Assembly: GCA_963762145.1 (NCBI GenBank)
Contig: CAVXJS010000009.1
Location: 672,001 to 736,000, forward strand
Source: an uncultured Candidatus Rokubacteria bacterium
Lineage (GTDB): Bacteria > Methylomirabilota > Methylomirabilia > Rokubacteriales > CSP1-6
DNA: 64,000 nucleotides
Direction of reading: 5' to 3'
The translations under genes were made by a program, and so were the position numbers. Position 1 is the stretch's first letter. Each line of letters starts with the position of its first letter. Positions 9,534 to 21,164 of this stretch are shown piece after piece. Under the pieces are notes generated by a model. It was not told the DNA's origin and made no database searches. It saw only the letters and a program-made list of their open reading frames with translations.

Positions 9534-10481
9534 ATGAAAGCCGTTCGACTCCGTAGAGAAGGCGGCCCGGAGCAGCTTGTGTACGAGGATGCACCCGAGC
9601 CTGAGTTAAGCGCAGGAGACGCCCTCATCCGCGTTCACGCCACGGGCATTACGCCTGCCGAGTTGACCTGGGCGGACACGTACAGGAATTGCGACGGGTC
9701 TGAGCGCCTGCCCGCGATTCCGGGACACGAGGTGTCGGGCGTCGTCGAGAGCGTGGCGCACGGCGTCAGCGACGTGTCGATCGGCGAGGAGGTCTATGCG
9801 CTCACCTCTTTCTGCCGAGATGGCGCCGCCGCCGCGGAGTGTGTCGCGGTCCACGCCGCCGACCTGGCGCCGAAGCCACAGACACTTGATCATGTGCAGG
9901 CGGCCGCCGTCCCGCTCTCAGCGCTCACGGTCTGGCAGGCGTTCTTCGATCACGCGCGACTTGCGTCGGGTCAGCGTGTGTTGATCCACGGCGCCGCCGG
10001 CGGGGTCGGCAGCTTTGCGGTTCAAATCGCGCACTGGCACGGAGCTTATACGGTCGGCACCGCATCTGCGGACAACCGCGACTTCCTGCTCGGCCTTGGG
10101 GCGAGTGAGGTCATTGATTATCAGCACGTTCAATTTGAACAGGCGGTGCGTGACATCGATGTCATTCTGGACACCATCGGCGGCGACACGCGCGAACGCT
10201 CCTGGCAGGTGCTAAAGCCGGGAGGAGTACTCGTCAGCTTGCCGGAGCCAATCCCTGAGGACGAAGCGGCGGCGCACGGCAAGCGCGGCAGGCGTGGAGT
10301 GTTTTTCATCGTCAAGCCCGATCGAGAACAGCTGGGCAACATCGCGACATTGATAGATTCCGGCCCAGTCCGCCCGGTGATCGCAGAGACAATCCCGCTG
10401 GCGAACGCCCGACAGGCATTTGAACGCGGGGTGGCCGGCCATACCCGAGGAAAGTTGGTGTTGGAGGTCGAGAAGCTATGA
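9534..10481 (+). CDS. NADP-dependent oxidoreductase (MDR, zeta-crystallin/quinone oxidoreductase family)
   Basis: IPGHEVSGVV, VLIHGAAGGVGSFAVQ, GHTRGKLVL. Confidence 0.92.
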   Translation: MKAVRLRREGGPEQLVYEDAPEPELSAGDALIRVHATGITPAELTWADTYRNCDGSERLPAIPGHEVSGVVESVAHGVSDVSIGEEVYALTSFCRDGAAAAECVAVHAADLAPKPQTLDHVQAAAVPLSALTVWQAFFDHARLASGQRVLIHGAAGGVGSFAVQIAHWHGAYTVGTASADNRDFLLGLGASEVIDYQHVQFEQAVRDIDVILDTIGGDTRERSWQVLKPGGVLVSLPEPIPEDEAAAHGKRGRRGVFFIVKPDREQLGNIATLIDSGPVRPVIAETIPLANARQAFERGVAGHTRGKLVLEVEKL

Positions 10482-10650
10482 GCGTGTCATTCACAAGAAG
10501 TCAACAACTCGCTGGCGGAATAGCGGTGCTGGCGGTCGGCGCACTGTTGGCCGGAGCGACGTCCGGGGGAACGCCCGTACGGCAACGGACGATGTCAAGC
10601 TGATCCGCACCGAGAAGCTCGCGAACGTGCCCGGCCAGACGTTGATGAGC
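10478..10650 (+). pseudogene. Truncated exported cupin-domain protein
   Basis: ATGA overlap with the oxidoreductase; signal peptide MSVSFTRSQQLAGGIAVLAVGALLAG, then after a frameshift VKLIRTEKLANVPGQTL, then similarity stops. Confidence 0.5.
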
Positions 10651-10778
10651 TCAGTTCACTCTCAAGATCTCGGGCCGCTATTGGACATTGGTCTGATCCG
10701 AAGCGTGACTCTCGAGCGTGGACGCCGCTCGTTGCGTGTTGTCAGGGCGCTGCTACAATACGAGCGAACCCGCAGGCC

Positions 10779-13569
10779 ATGGACACCTTCGACTCCATCG
10801 CGCGCGCCAATCCGGAATACGTCGAGGCGCTGTACCGCCGGTACCGGGCGGACCCGCGTTCCGTGGACGAGAGCTGGGCGCTCGTCTTCGCAGGTTACGA
10901 CTTCGCCCTCGCGGGCGGCCCCGGCGCGAGCGCGACCGGGAGGACGTCACCGCCGGTGGCCGATCTCGTCCACTCCTACCGCGAGCTGGGCCATCTGATC
11001 GCCGACGTGAATCCGCTCGATCGCTCGCCCCGCCGTCATCCGCTCCTCGAGCTCGGCGAGTTTGGCTTCGAGGAAGCGAACCTGGATCGTGTTGTCGACT
11101 GCTCACCCTTCCGAAGCCTCGGGTCGGCGCCGCTGCGCGACCTCGCGACCGCGCTCCGTGAGACCTACGGTGGGACGCTCGGCGTCGAGTACTTGATGAT
11201 CAGCGACAAGGCCCAGCGGGAGTGGCTCCAGGAGCGAATGGAGCCGGCTCGCAACCGCCCCGCGCTCGGATCGGAGGATCGGGTCGGCTTGCTCGAACGG
11301 CTCATCGCGGCGGAGACCTTCGAGCAGTTCCTCCACACGAGCTACGTGGGCCAGAAGCGCTTCTCCCTGGAAGGCGGCGAGGCGCTGATCCCGCTCCTCG
11401 ACACCATCGTCGAGGAGGCGGCGGCGCAGGCGACCGAGGAGCTCGTGATGGGCATGCCTCACCGCGGGCGGCTGAACGTCCTCGCGCACGTCCTCCGGAA
11501 GCCCTACGAGCTGATCCTAGCCGAGTTCGAGGGTAGCTTCCTGCCGTGGGAGACCCAGGGCGACGGAGACGTCAAGTACCACCTGGGCTACTCGCACGAT
11601 CACGTGAGCCGTGCCGGCCGGCCCATCCACCTCTCGATGAGCTCCAATCCGAGCCACCTCGAGGCGGTCAACGCGGTGGTGGAGGGCATCGTCCGGGCCA
11701 AGCAGAGCCATCGCGGAGCCGACCAGGCGCGTCACGTCATGCCGGTGCTAATGCACGGCGACGCCGCGTTCCTGGGGCAGGGCTCGGTCTACGAGACCCT
11801 GATGATGTCGCGCCTGCCGGGCTTCGCCACCGGCGGCACGATCCACGTCATCGTCAACAACCAGATCGGCTTCACAACGTCCCCCGAGGACTACCGGCCC
11901 ACCCGTTACCCGTCCGATCCCGCCGCCGTCGTGCAGGCTCCGGTGTTCCACGTCAATGGCGACGACCCCGAGGCGGCCGTGCAGGCGGCGCGGCTCGCGG
12001 TCGGCTTCCGCCAGACCTTCCAGACGGATGTCTTCATCGACTTCGTCTGCTACCGCCGGCACGGCCACAACGAGCTCGACGATCCGACCTTCACTCAGCC
12101 CGTGATGTATCGCGCCATCGATGGCCACCCGTCGGTGGCGAAGCTCTATCGCGAGCGGCTCACCGCGGAGGGCATCGTCGAGCCCGGGCACGCCGAGCAG
12201 GCCCGGGAGGCGGTCAAGAGCAAGCTCCAGGCGGCCCTCGCCGCGGCGCGCGAGCGCATGCCTCAGCAGAAGGTGCTCGCCTTCGGCGGCCTCTGGAAGG
12301 GACTTTCGTGGGCGGGCGAGGACTGGAGCGCGGCCACCGCGGTGCCGGCCGAGCGCCTGCGCGCGATCGCCGACGCGACCCGGCGGCTGCCGCCCGGGTT
12401 CACGCCGCACAAGCGAATCCCGGCACTCCTCGAGGCGCGCCACGCGATGGTCGAGCGGGGCGACGGCATCGACTGGGGCTGCGCTGAGGCGCTGGCCTAC
12501 GGCAGCCTCCTCCTCGAAGGCGCTCCGGTACGGCTCAGCGGGCAGGACACCATCCGCGGCACGTTCAGTCATCGCCACGCCATGCTCTTCGACGCCGAGA
12601 CCGGCGCGTCGTACGTGCCGCTCAACCATCTGGGCGGCGATCAGGCGCGGATCGAAGTCGTCAACAGCCCGCTGAGCGAGTTCGGGGTGGTCGGGTTCGA
12701 GTACGGCATGGCCAGCGCCGATCCGCGGCGGCTGGTCATCTGGGAAGCGCAGTTCGGCGACTTCTTCAACGGGGCCCAGGTGATCATCGACCAGTTCCTC
12801 GCCAGCGCCGAGTCCAAGTGGCAGCGTCAGAGCGGCCTCGTCCTGCTCCTTCCCCACGGCTACGAGGGCCAGGGACCGGAGCACTCCAGCGCGCGCCCCG
12901 AGCGGTTCCTTCAGCTCTGCGCGGAGGGCAACATGCAGGTCGTCAACTGCTCGACGCCGGCGCCAGCTCTTCCACGCGCTCCGGCGCCAGATGCACCGGC
13001 CCTTCCGTAAGCCGCTGATCGTGATGAGCCCGAAGAGCCTGCTCCGCCACCGACGGGCCGTCTCGCGCCTGGACGACTTCGCGACCGGAGCGTTCCAGCC
13101 CGTGCTGGGCGATCCGCGCCCGCAGGAGCCTGAGGCGGTCCGACGCGTGCTCCTCTGCTCCGGCAAGATCTTCTACGGCCTCGACCAGGGCCGAGAGGAG
13201 CGCGACTGGGACGGGATCGCGATCATCCGGCTCGAGCAGCTCTACCCGTTCCCGGCCGCGGAGCTCACTGAGGCGCTCCGCCACTATCCGCGCGCCACCG
13301 ACTTCGCCTGGGTGCAGGAGGAGCCGGCCAACCAGGGCGCGTGGAGCTTCGTGCGAGGGCGGATCGAGCCGCTGCTCGACGGGCGCCGACTCCGATACAT
13401 CGGCCGCGCCGAGGCCGCGAGTCCCGCTACCGGCAGCCACAAGATCCACGAGTCGGAAGAGCAGGCGCTCGTCGAGCAGGCCCTCAAGCGGCCACGGGCC
13501 GGCCGCGCGTCACGCGCCGCTGAGCCGCCGCCGGTGCCGTCCGACATGACGCGCGGATCGCGGCCATGA
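10779..13569 (+). CDS. sucA: 2-oxoglutarate dehydrogenase E1; one frameshift near 12963 (probable sequencing indel)
   Basis: [38 protein letters not shown]; second frame [26 protein letters not shown]. Confidence 0.95.
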
Positions 13570-14852
13570 CCGTCGAGGTGCGAATCCCGCAGCTCGGTGA
13601 GTCGGTGACGGAGGGCACGATCGCCCGCTGGCTCAAACAGGAAGGGGACGTGGTGAACGCCGAGGAGCCGGTGCTCGAGCTCGAGACCGACAAGGCGACG
13701 ATGGAGATCCCCGCCGGAGCCTCGGGACAGCTCTCGATCGTCGAGCCGCAGGGCGCGGTGGTACACGTGGGCACGGTGGTCGCGCGCATCACCGAAGGAA
13801 AGCCAACGGCGGCCGGCGCGGTCAGGACGGCACCTCCGACCGCCCCGGCCTCACCGAGTCGGCCGAGCACGCAGACCGCCACGAACGCGGCGGCCGACCC
13901 GGCGTTGAGCCCGGCGGTGCGCAAGCTTGTGGCCGAGCATGCCCTCGACCCGGCCCAGCTTAGCGGAAGTGGGAAGGGCGGCCGACTGACCAAGGACGAT
14001 GTGCTCCGTCATCTCGAGCAGCCGGCTCCCGCTCCGGCCGCGCCCGTCCCGCGTCCGACCGAGCCGCAGGCCGCGGACGAAGCCCGGCCGCCAATGGAAC
14101 CGCCTGCGCCGGCGCCTGCCACGCCACCCGCAGCACCGCGCCCGCCCGAGGCCGAGACGCCGGAGCGCGTGCCGATGAGCCGGCTGCGGCGGCGGATCGC
14201 CGAGCGGCTCGTGGAGGCGCAACGGACCGCGGCGATCCTCACCACGTTCAACGAGGTGGATCTGTCGGCCCTCCTGGCCGCCCGCCGGCGCCACCGCGAG
14301 GCGTTCCGCGAGCGGCATGGCGTGGATCTGGGGCTGATGTCCCTCTTCGGCCGCGCCTGCATCGGGGCGCTCCGCGACGTGCCTGTTGTCAACGCCCAGA
14401 TCGACGGGACCGACATCGTCTACCATCGCCAGGTGCATCTCGGCATCGCGGTGAGCACCGAGCGGGGGCTCGTAGTGCCGGTGATCCGGGGCGCGGACTC
14501 GCTCGGCCTGCCCGACCTGGAGCGCCGGATCGAGGAGTTGGCCCGGCGGGCCCGCGAGGGCAAGATCACGCCGGACGAGCTCTCGGGCGGCACCTTCACC
14601 ATCACCAACGGCGGTGTCTTCGGCTCGCTGCTCTCAACCCCGATCCTCAATCCGCCGCAGTCCGGGATCCTCGGGATGCACAAGATCGAGGATCGGCCGG
14701 TGGCGGTGGACGGGCAGGTCGTGATCCGCCCCATGATGTACCTCGCGCTGTCCTATGATCACCGTCTGGTGGACGGCGCCCAGGCCGTGACCTTCCTGGT
14801 CCGGGTCAAGGAACGCCTCGAGGACCCGGTGCGCATGCTCCTCGAGGTATGA
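13566..14852 (+). CDS. sucB: Dihydrolipoyllysine succinyltransferase E2
   Basis: Lipoyl motif [23 protein letters not shown]. Confidence 0.96.
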   Translation: MTVEVRIPQLGESVTEGTIARWLKQEGDVVNAEEPVLELETDKATMEIPAGASGQLSIVEPQGAVVHVGTVVARITEGKPTAAGAVRTAPPTAPASPSRPSTQTATNAAADPALSPAVRKLVAEHALDPAQLSGSGKGGRLTKDDVLRHLEQPAPAPAAPVPRPTEPQAADEARPPMEPPAPAPATPPAAPRPPEAETPERVPMSRLRRRIAERLVEAQRTAAILTTFNEVDLSALLAARRRHREAFRERHGVDLGLMSLFGRACIGALRDVPVVNAQIDGTDIVYHRQVHLGIAVSTERGLVVPVIRGADSLGLPDLERRIEELARRAREGKITPDELSGGTFTITNGGVFGSLLSTPILNPPQSGILGMHKIEDRPVAVDGQVVIRPMMYLALSYDHRLVDGAQAVTFLVRVKERLEDPVRMLLEV

Positions 14853-16258
14853 GCGCGGTGGCCGAGGCGGAGCGCTACGACCTCGCGGTCATCGGGGCGG
14901 GCCCGGGCGGCTACGTGGCCGCCATCCGGGCGGCCCAGCTCGGCATGCGCGTGGTCTGCGTGGACCGCGAGGCGGCGCTCGGCGGCACCTGCCTGCGCAT
15001 CGGCTGCATCCCGTCCAAGGCCCTGCTCGACTCCAGCGAGCTCCTCTGGCAGGCGCGCACCCGTCTGGCCACCCACGGTGTCTCTGTGGGTGAGGTCTCG
15101 CTCGATCTCCCCACGATGATGCGCCGAAAAGAGCAGGTGGTGCAGGGGCTCACCACCGGGGTCGCCGGCCTCTTCAAGAAGAACCGGATCACGCGGCGTC
15201 ACGGCAGCGCGCGGATCGCCACGCCGGACCGCGTCGCGATCGAGGGCCCGGATGCGGGCACCGTGCTCGCCGCGCGCATCCTCATCGCCACCGGCTCGGG
15301 TCCGGCCACGCTGCCCGGCTTCGAGCCCGACGGGACCCGGATCGTCAGCTCCGAGGAGGCCCTGTCGTTCGACGCGGTGCCCGCACGCCTCCTGGTGATC
15401 GGCGCCGGGGCGGTCGGACTCGAGCTGGGCTCGGTCTGGGCGCGCCTGGGCTCCGAGGTCCGGGTCGTCGAGATCGCCGACCGCATCGTCCCGGGCATGG
15501 ACGGCGAGCTGACGCGCGCGCTGCAGCGCGCGCTCGAGAGACAGGGGCTCTCGTTCCGGCTCTCGACGGCGGCCCGCAAGGCGGTGGTCAAGGAGACCGC
15601 GGTGGACGTGACGATCGAGACGGACGGAACCGCGGTCACCGAAACCTTCGATCGCGTGCTCGTGGCGGTCGGCCGGCGCCCCGTCACGGCCGGCCTGGGG
15701 CTAGACAAGCTCGGCGTGGCGCTCGACCCGAAGGGCCACATCCGGGTCGACGAGCGCTTCGAGACCTCCGTCCCGGGCATCCACGCCATCGGTGACGTGA
15801 TCGGCGGGCCCATGCTGGCGCACAAAGCCGAAGAAGAAGGGATCGCCTGCGTGGAGCGCATCGCCGGCCAGGCCGGTCACGTGAACTACGAGGCGATCCC
15901 CAACGTGGTCTACACGTGGCCGGAGCTGGCCAGCGTGGGGAAGACCGAGCAGGAGTGCCGGGCGCAGGGCCTCGAGATCACGACTGGCACTTCCCTCTTC
16001 GCGGCCAACGGCCGGGCTCGCGCAATGGGCGAGCGGGACGGCCTCGTCAAGATAGTCGCCGACGGCCGGAGCGACCGGATCCTCGGGCTCCACATCCTGG
16101 GGCCCCACGCCTCCGAGCTGATCGCGGAGGCCGTCCTCGCGATCGAGTTCGGCGCCAGCGCCGAGGACATCGCCCGCACCTCCCACGCTCACCCGACGCT
16201 GGCCGAGGCGGTCCGCGAAGCCGCGCTCGCGGTGGCGAAGCGGAGCATCCATTCCTAG
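14849..16258 (+). CDS. lpdA: Dihydrolipoamide dehydrogenase
   Basis: [25 protein letters not shown]. Confidence 0.97.
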   Translation: MSAVAEAERYDLAVIGAGPGGYVAAIRAAQLGMRVVCVDREAALGGTCLRIGCIPSKALLDSSELLWQARTRLATHGVSVGEVSLDLPTMMRRKEQVVQGLTTGVAGLFKKNRITRRHGSARIATPDRVAIEGPDAGTVLAARILIATGSGPATLPGFEPDGTRIVSSEEALSFDAVPARLLVIGAGAVGLELGSVWARLGSEVRVVEIADRIVPGMDGELTRALQRALERQGLSFRLSTAARKAVVKETAVDVTIETDGTAVTETFDRVLVAVGRRPVTAGLGLDKLGVALDPKGHIRVDERFETSVPGIHAIGDVIGGPMLAHKAEEEGIACVERIAGQAGHVNYEAIPNVVYTWPELASVGKTEQECRAQGLEITTGTSLFAANGRARAMGERDGLVKIVADGRSDRILGLHILGPHASELIAEAVLAIEFGASAEDIARTSHAHPTLAEAVREAALAVAKRSIHS

Positions 16259-16301
16259 CGGCCATCCGCTCCTGCTGACCCTCGATCTCGTCGGGACCTT
16301 C

Positions 16302-16874
16302 GTGTTCGCGCTCAGCGGCGGCGCGGCGGCGGTCAAGGGCCGGCTCGATCTGTTCGGCGTGCTCGTCCTGTCCTTCGCCGCCGCCAACGCGGGTGGTCTC
16401 ACCCGCGACCTGCTGATCGGCGCCGTCCCGCCGGCCGCGATCAGCGACTGGCGCTATCTCGGAGTCTCCCTCCTCGCCGGCCTGGTGACCTTCTTCTGGT
16501 ATCCCCTGCTCGACCGCCTGCGCAACCCCGTGCTGGTGTTCGACGGCGCGGGTCTGGCGCTCTTCGCCGTCTCCGGCACGCAGAAGGCGCTCGCCTATGG
16601 GCTCGAGCCAGTCATGGCGGCGCTGCTCGGCATGCTCACCGGGATCGGCGGCGGGATGGTGCGCGACCTGCTCGTCACCCAGATCCCCACCGTCTTGCAC
16701 GCCGAGCTGTACGCGGTGGCCGCGCTCGCCGGCGCGGCCGTGGTGGTGGCCGGCCACGTGCTACACCTGCCGCCGACCGCAGTGACCATCGCGGGCGCGT
16801 TGCTCTGCTTCGGGCTCCGCCTCCTCGCCATATCGCGCGGCTGGCGCCTGCCGATCGCTCGGCTGCCGCAATGA
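16302..16874 (+). CDS. Trimeric intracellular cation channel (TRIC/UPF0126) family protein; true start unclear
   Basis: LDLVGTFVFALSG, GGLTRDLLIG, GGGMVRDLL. Confidence 0.9.
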   Translation: MFALSGGAAAVKGRLDLFGVLVLSFAAANAGGLTRDLLIGAVPPAAISDWRYLGVSLLAGLVTFFWYPLLDRLRNPVLVFDGAGLALFAVSGTQKALAYGLEPVMAALLGMLTGIGGGMVRDLLVTQIPTVLHAELYAVAALAGAAVVVAGHVLHLPPTAVTIAGALLCFGLRLLAISRGWRLPIARLPQ

Positions 16875-17132
16875 CTCGATGCCGGCCGACCCGCGTTCCG
16901 GACGGCGCCGGGATGCGGGGCCTCGGTACCCGACCGTGAACCGGCGTCGGCTGTGGGTCGGGCACTCCAGCTTGTCGACCCTCGCGATGGCGAAGTCCTG
17001 AGGCGCGGGCGCGACGCTCGCCCGGAGGCGCGAGGGGTGGAGTAGAGTGTGGGCCATGAAAAGGGCGCCGGATCGTCTTCGCGCGATGAAACGCTCGGAC
17101 GTTGCTCGACCAGTCGTGACCAGGAGACAATC

Positions 17133-19202
17133 GTGAGCCCGACGGGACAGCAGACAGGACCCAAGAGCAATCCCGTGCCCCCCCCCACCCGGCCTGGAGC
17201 CACGAAGGGCCCCCCGCCCGCAAAGATGCCGCCGCGCAAGATGTGGCTGTGGTTCCTGCTGGTCCTGGTTGCGAACTTCTTGCTGGTGAGGCTGATGGCA
17301 CCCGGCGCGGAAGCACCGGTCACCGTGCCCTATACCTTGTTCAAGGAGGAGGTCAGGAAGGGCAACGTCCAGTCGATCTACAGCCGGAGCGACACCATCA
17401 CGGGCCGGTTCAAGGCGCCCGTCACCTACCCGCCGGCGGGCGACAAGAGTGCGGCACCGAAGGCCGAGCCCCAGTCGACGGCCGACCGCGCAGCGGCGCC
17501 CGCCAGCCCGCCCAAACCGGCGAGCTCCTTCGCGACCACGCTGCCCTCCTTCGTGGACCCCGGTCTGGAAGCCTTCCTGATCGATCACGGGGTCGAGATC
17601 AGCGCCAAGCCAATCGAGGAAGGCGGCAGCTCCTGGTCGACGCTCCTGTTCGGATTCGGTCCGGCCCTGCTCTTCATCGGCTTCTACTTCTGGATGTTCC
17701 GGCGGGCCCAGCAGGGCGGCGGCATGGGCGGCGGGCTCATGGGTATCGGCAAGAGCAAGGCGCGTCGCTACGACCAGGAGCAGGACACGAAGGTCACCTT
17801 CGACGACGTCGCCGGCATCGACGAGGCCGAGAACGAGCTGATCGAGATCGTGGACTTCCTCAAGGACCCTCCGAAGTACACCCGCCTGGGCGGGACCGCT
17901 CCGAAAGGCGTGCTGCTGGTCGGCGCGCCCGGAACCGGGAAGACCTTGCTGGCGAAGGCGGTCGCGGGCGAGGCGGGAGTGCCGTTCTTCTCGATGAGCG
18001 GCTCGGAGTTCGTGGAGATGATCGTGGGAGTGGGAGCCGCCCGGGTCCGCGATCTCTTCAAGCAGGCGCGCGAGCACGCGCCGGCGATCATCTTCATCGA
18101 CGAGCTCGATGCCATCGGGCGCGCGCGCGGCCAGGTCGTGATCGGCGGCTCGAGCGAGCAGGAGCAGACGCTCAACCAGATCCTCACCGAGATGGACGGC
18201 TTCTCCAGCCGCGAGGGTATCATCGTGCTGGCCGCGACCAATCAGCCCGACGTGCTCGACAAGGCGCTCCTGCGGCCCGGACGCTTCGACCGACGCGTGG
18301 TGGTGAACCTGCCGGACAAGACCGGGCGCGAGGCGATCCTCAAGGTTCATACGCGCCAGGTACCCCTCGCGAGCGACGTGAGCCTGGGAGACCTCGCCGC
18401 CACGACGCCGGGATTCTCGGGGGCCGACCTGCGGAACCTCGTCAACGAGGCGGCGCTGCTGGCGGCGCGGCGCGGGCAGAACGAGGTCCATCACAAGGAC
18501 TTCCTGGACTCGCTGGAGAAGATCGTGCTCGGGCCGGAGCGGCCGCTCCTGCTGAGCCGCGCCGACAAGGAGCGCATCGCCTACCACGAGGGCGGACACA
18601 CCATCCTGGGCCTGGTGGTGCCGGGCGCGGATCCGGTGAACCGGGTGACGATCGTGCCGCGCGGGCAGGCCCTCGGGGTGACGTATCAGCGCCCCGACAG
18701 CGACCGCTACAACTATCCGGAGGCCTACCTGCGGGGGCGGATCGTCGGAGCACTGGGCGGCCGGGCGGCCGAGGAGATCGTCTACGGTACCAAGACGACC
18801 GGGGCCGAGAGCGACATCGAGCAGGCCACCTCCCTGGCCCGGCGGATGGTCACGCGCTGGGGCATGAGCGAGCGAGTCGGGCTGGTGCAGCTCGCGCCGC
18901 GGGAGAATCCCTATCTGGGTGGCTCGGGGGGGTACACCGGCGAGAAGCCGTTCAGCGAGGCGACGGCCGAGGCCATCGATGCCGAGGTGCTCAAGATAAT
19001 CAACGAGAGCCACGAGGAGGCCAGGCGCCTCCTGACCGCGCACCGCAAGCAGCTCGACGCGCTCGCGGAAGCCCTGGTGGCGCGGGAGACCCTCAACGAG
19101 CAGGAGATACTCGAGGTCACGGGGCTTCCGCCTGCCCCGCCGCTGGACACCGCGATGCGGCCCGTCGCCGGCGGCGGAAGTCACAACTCGGGGGGCGCGT
19201 GA
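17133..19202 (+). CDS. ftsH: ATP-dependent zinc metalloprotease FtsH
   Basis: Two TM segments, [20 protein letters not shown]; AGGAG RBS before GTG 17133. Confidence 0.96.
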   Translation: MSPTGQQTGPKSNPVPPPTRPGATKGPPPAKMPPRKMWLWFLLVLVANFLLVRLMAPGAEAPVTVPYTLFKEEVRKGNVQSIYSRSDTITGRFKAPVTYPPAGDKSAAPKAEPQSTADRAAAPASPPKPASSFATTLPSFVDPGLEAFLIDHGVEISAKPIEEGGSSWSTLLFGFGPALLFIGFYFWMFRRAQQGGGMGGGLMGIGKSKARRYDQEQDTKVTFDDVAGIDEAENELIEIVDFLKDPPKYTRLGGTAPKGVLLVGAPGTGKTLLAKAVAGEAGVPFFSMSGSEFVEMIVGVGAARVRDLFKQAREHAPAIIFIDELDAIGRARGQVVIGGSSEQEQTLNQILTEMDGFSSREGIIVLAATNQPDVLDKALLRPGRFDRRVVVNLPDKTGREAILKVHTRQVPLASDVSLGDLAATTPGFSGADLRNLVNEAALLAARRGQNEVHHKDFLDSLEKIVLGPERPLLLSRADKERIAYHEGGHTILGLVVPGADPVNRVTIVPRGQALGVTYQRPDSDRYNYPEAYLRGRIVGALGGRAAEEIVYGTKTTGAESDIEQATSLARRMVTRWGMSERVGLVQLAPRENPYLGGSGGYTGEKPFSEATAEAIDAEVLKIINESHEEARRLLTAHRKQLDALAEALVARETLNEQEILEVTGLPPAPPLDTAMRPVAGGGSHNSGGA

Positions 19203-19341
19203 AGGGGCGCTGAACGGGACGTCGTGAGCCCCCTGCCGCTAGTCCCTGGTCCTCCGCTAGTTCGGCTGCTCGCGTCCGAAGGCTGCGCTAGCTCGGCGGC
19301 AGGGTGCTGGGCGCTCGGCCTTACCACGGTTCGGTGAATTG

Positions 19342-19593
19342 TCACTGAGTCCTCGCTTTCTGATACCGCTGTGCGTACTCAGCGCGCCGGGCGGCCTCTT
19401 GCAATTCCTGGTATGCGCGGCTTTCGGCTCTCTCCCGCTCTTTCTTGTAGGACTTATGGTCCGCGCCCAGTGAGGTGTGGACGGGCGTGGGCCTCGCGAC
19501 CACGAGGATGACTGCAACCACCACCACTACCCCGAGGCCCATCATCAGTGAGCGAATCTCTCCCGGATTAGGAATTTTCAACTGGAGGATCAT
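19342..19593 (-). CDS. Small single-TM hypothetical protein with charged helical tail
   Basis: LGVVVVVAVILVV then KKERERAESRAYQELQEAARRAE. Confidence 0.5.
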   Translation of the reverse strand: MILQLKIPNPGEIRSLMMGLGVVVVVAVILVVARPTPVHTSLGADHKSYKKERERAESRAYQELQEAARRAEYAQRYQKARTQ

Positions 19594-19707
19594 GCGGAGA
19601 CCTTCACGATCGATCGTCGTCGTCCATGTCTTCGACGAATGAGAACGTTACGCTGAAGAGGTCAATCGACGGTCCGCGTTGGGACTGTTGCTCCGGCGTG
19701 AGTATCT

Positions 19708-20031
19708 TCACGCCGTCTTCCGGCGAGCAAGAGATTCCTCCCGCCAGGGCTTGTAACACGTCTCGTGCGCGTGAAAGAACACCCCGGCGCCTTCCACTTC
19801 GCGCTCGACGTCGGCCGGCTCGATCGGGCTCCGGCAGACGACGCACGGTCGGCCCGTCCCCCGATGGGACTTGGAGATCCCCTGAACGGGAGGTAACCGG
19901 CCGTCCGACAACTGGGCCTCTATGCGCTGCCTCAACGCATCGTCGGAAACGCAGGCCGCTCGCCACTGAGCGGCCGCCAGGTTTTGCTCGCGGACAATGT
20001 ATCCGTCAAGCATCCGGGCTTGGCCGCTCAT
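19708..20031 (-). CDS. Small zinc-finger protein (GxGxxCxxC...HxxC..W)
   Basis: ATGA overlap with the upstream paralogue; LSDGRLP...GTGRPCVVC...HAHETCYKPW. Confidence 0.75.
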   Translation of the reverse strand: MSGQARMLDGYIVREQNLAAAQWRAACVSDDALRQRIEAQLSDGRLPPVQGISKSHRGTGRPCVVCRSPIEPADVEREVEGAGVFFHAHETCYKPWREESLARRKTA

Positions 20032-20276
20032 GTTCGCCCCGGGGCGCAGCGCTCCTCGTCCCATAGGTGGAAGCACGCCACGTGAAACTGAATCCCTTTG
20101 CCACCCGTCGTGCTGACCCCTTCCATGACAAACTGCGCCTTGCTGATGAGGTCCTCACAGGCGTCACACGTTTCACCGGCACCAGCACCGCCCCAAACGC
20201 GGGGGATACTGTTTTGCGGCAGGCGACCGTCGGCGAGCTTGCTTTGGATCAGGAGACGAAGGGCGGTCTGCTCCAT
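20028..20276 (-). CDS. Small zinc-finger protein (GxGxxCxxC...HxxC..W)
   Basis: AAGGAG RBS; LADGRLP...GAGETCDAC...FHVACFHLW. Confidence 0.8.
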   Translation of the reverse strand: MEQTALRLLIQSKLADGRLPQNSIPRVWGGAGAGETCDACEDLISKAQFVMEGVSTTGGKGIQFHVACFHLWDEERCAPGRT

Positions 20277-20383
20277 GAAGGACTCCTTGGGTGCGGCTCC
20301 GGCGCCGGACTAGGCGAGCCAGATTCACCAGGGTCTTGGCGCAACCGCCGCCAACCCAAGAAGGCCGAGGTGCAGGCCTATTG

Positions 20384-20430
20384 ATTCTGTCGCGTTCGGC
20401 CCGCAGCCGCCTATTGGACGTTGGTCCAAT
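20384..20430 (-). promoter_or_regulatory. TGGAC-N4-GTCCA operator with promoter
   Basis: ATTGGAC-GTTG-GTCCAAT (20413-20430); TAGGCG-18-CAGAAT on the minus strand. Confidence 0.7.
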
Positions 20431-20510
20431 GGCCGCTTCGCGACAGGTTGGCCACCGCTTAGGGCAAAGCTACTAACTCGCCCCCCAGAACGTGCCCCCG
20501 CTGGCTCGCA

Positions 20511-20747
20511 TCATGACTCCTGCGCTTGAAGTCTTGCGGCGTCCTCTCGCCAGAGAGTGAAGCACGCCTGATGGAAGACCCCGCGCCGGGACTCGACCTC
20601 CACCTCGACCTCGGTGTCCGGGGGGCGGATGACCACGTGGCATACAGCACAATGTCCGCCTCGTCCCCGCCCGACCCGGCCTCCCGTAATGGACTTCGGC
20701 GACGCGCTTTGAATCCTTGCCGTAACGGATTGATCGAGAGTGCTCAT
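20511..20747 (-). CDS. Small zinc-finger protein (GxGxxCxxC...HxxC..W)
   Basis: GGAGGGAG RBS; GRGGHCAVC...FHQACFTLWREDA. Confidence 0.75.
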   Translation of the reverse strand: MSTLDQSVTARIQSASPKSITGGRVGRGRGGHCAVCHVVIRPPDTEVEVEVESRRGVFHQACFTLWREDAARLQAQES

Positions 20748-20796
20748 CGGCTCCCTCCCACTGGCGTGATGGCCGGCGCCCGAAACCCGCTTCGGG

Positions 20797-21087
20797 TCAT
20801 GCTTCTCTGGGGACTGCCGCCGGGCGAATCGCTTCCTCTCCAGCCTGGAGAGCCTCGGTGACATGCTGCTTCGTGTCCTGCAAGAAATCGTCGGCCCGAC
20901 GCAGGGCATCCCCGCTGCGGTCCAGCACTCTTGCCGCTGTCTCCTCGACCGCCCGGACGCTTTCCGCGGCCTTCGTGCGCACCCCTCGCGTCCTCTCCTG
21001 CACGTACTCCTCCAGCTCCTGCCCCCACAGCCAGACGACGGCCGCCCCCATGATCGCTCCCAGAACAAAGACCTCACTGCTTCGCAT
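20797..21087 (-). CDS. YtxH-like small membrane-anchored stress protein
   Basis: GAGGAGG RBS; FVLGAIMGAAVVWLW followed by an amphipathic helical tail. Confidence 0.7.
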   Translation of the reverse strand: MRSSEVFVLGAIMGAAVVWLWGQELEEYVQERTRGVRTKAAESVRAVEETAARVLDRSGDALRRADDFLQDTKQHVTEALQAGEEAIRPAAVPREA

Positions 21088-21148
21088 CGTGGTCCTCCTC
21101 GTTTGCGAATAACAATCCCGTGACGGACTTCATGCTCGACGCCCCGGC

Positions 21149-21164
21149 TGCAACTTTGGGGCCG
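21149..21164 (-). promoter_or_regulatory. Possible sigma54 promoter
   Basis: CGGCCCCAAAGTTGCA (GG-N10-GC) about 60 bp upstream of the YtxH-like gene; no enhancer recognised. Confidence 0.3.

Noticed and set aside
12955-12970. sucA frameshift as pseudogene or programmed frameshift
   Set aside because: Single extra base with both halves intact and no slippery motif; similar indels hit essential genes elsewhere in the window, pointing to sequencing error.
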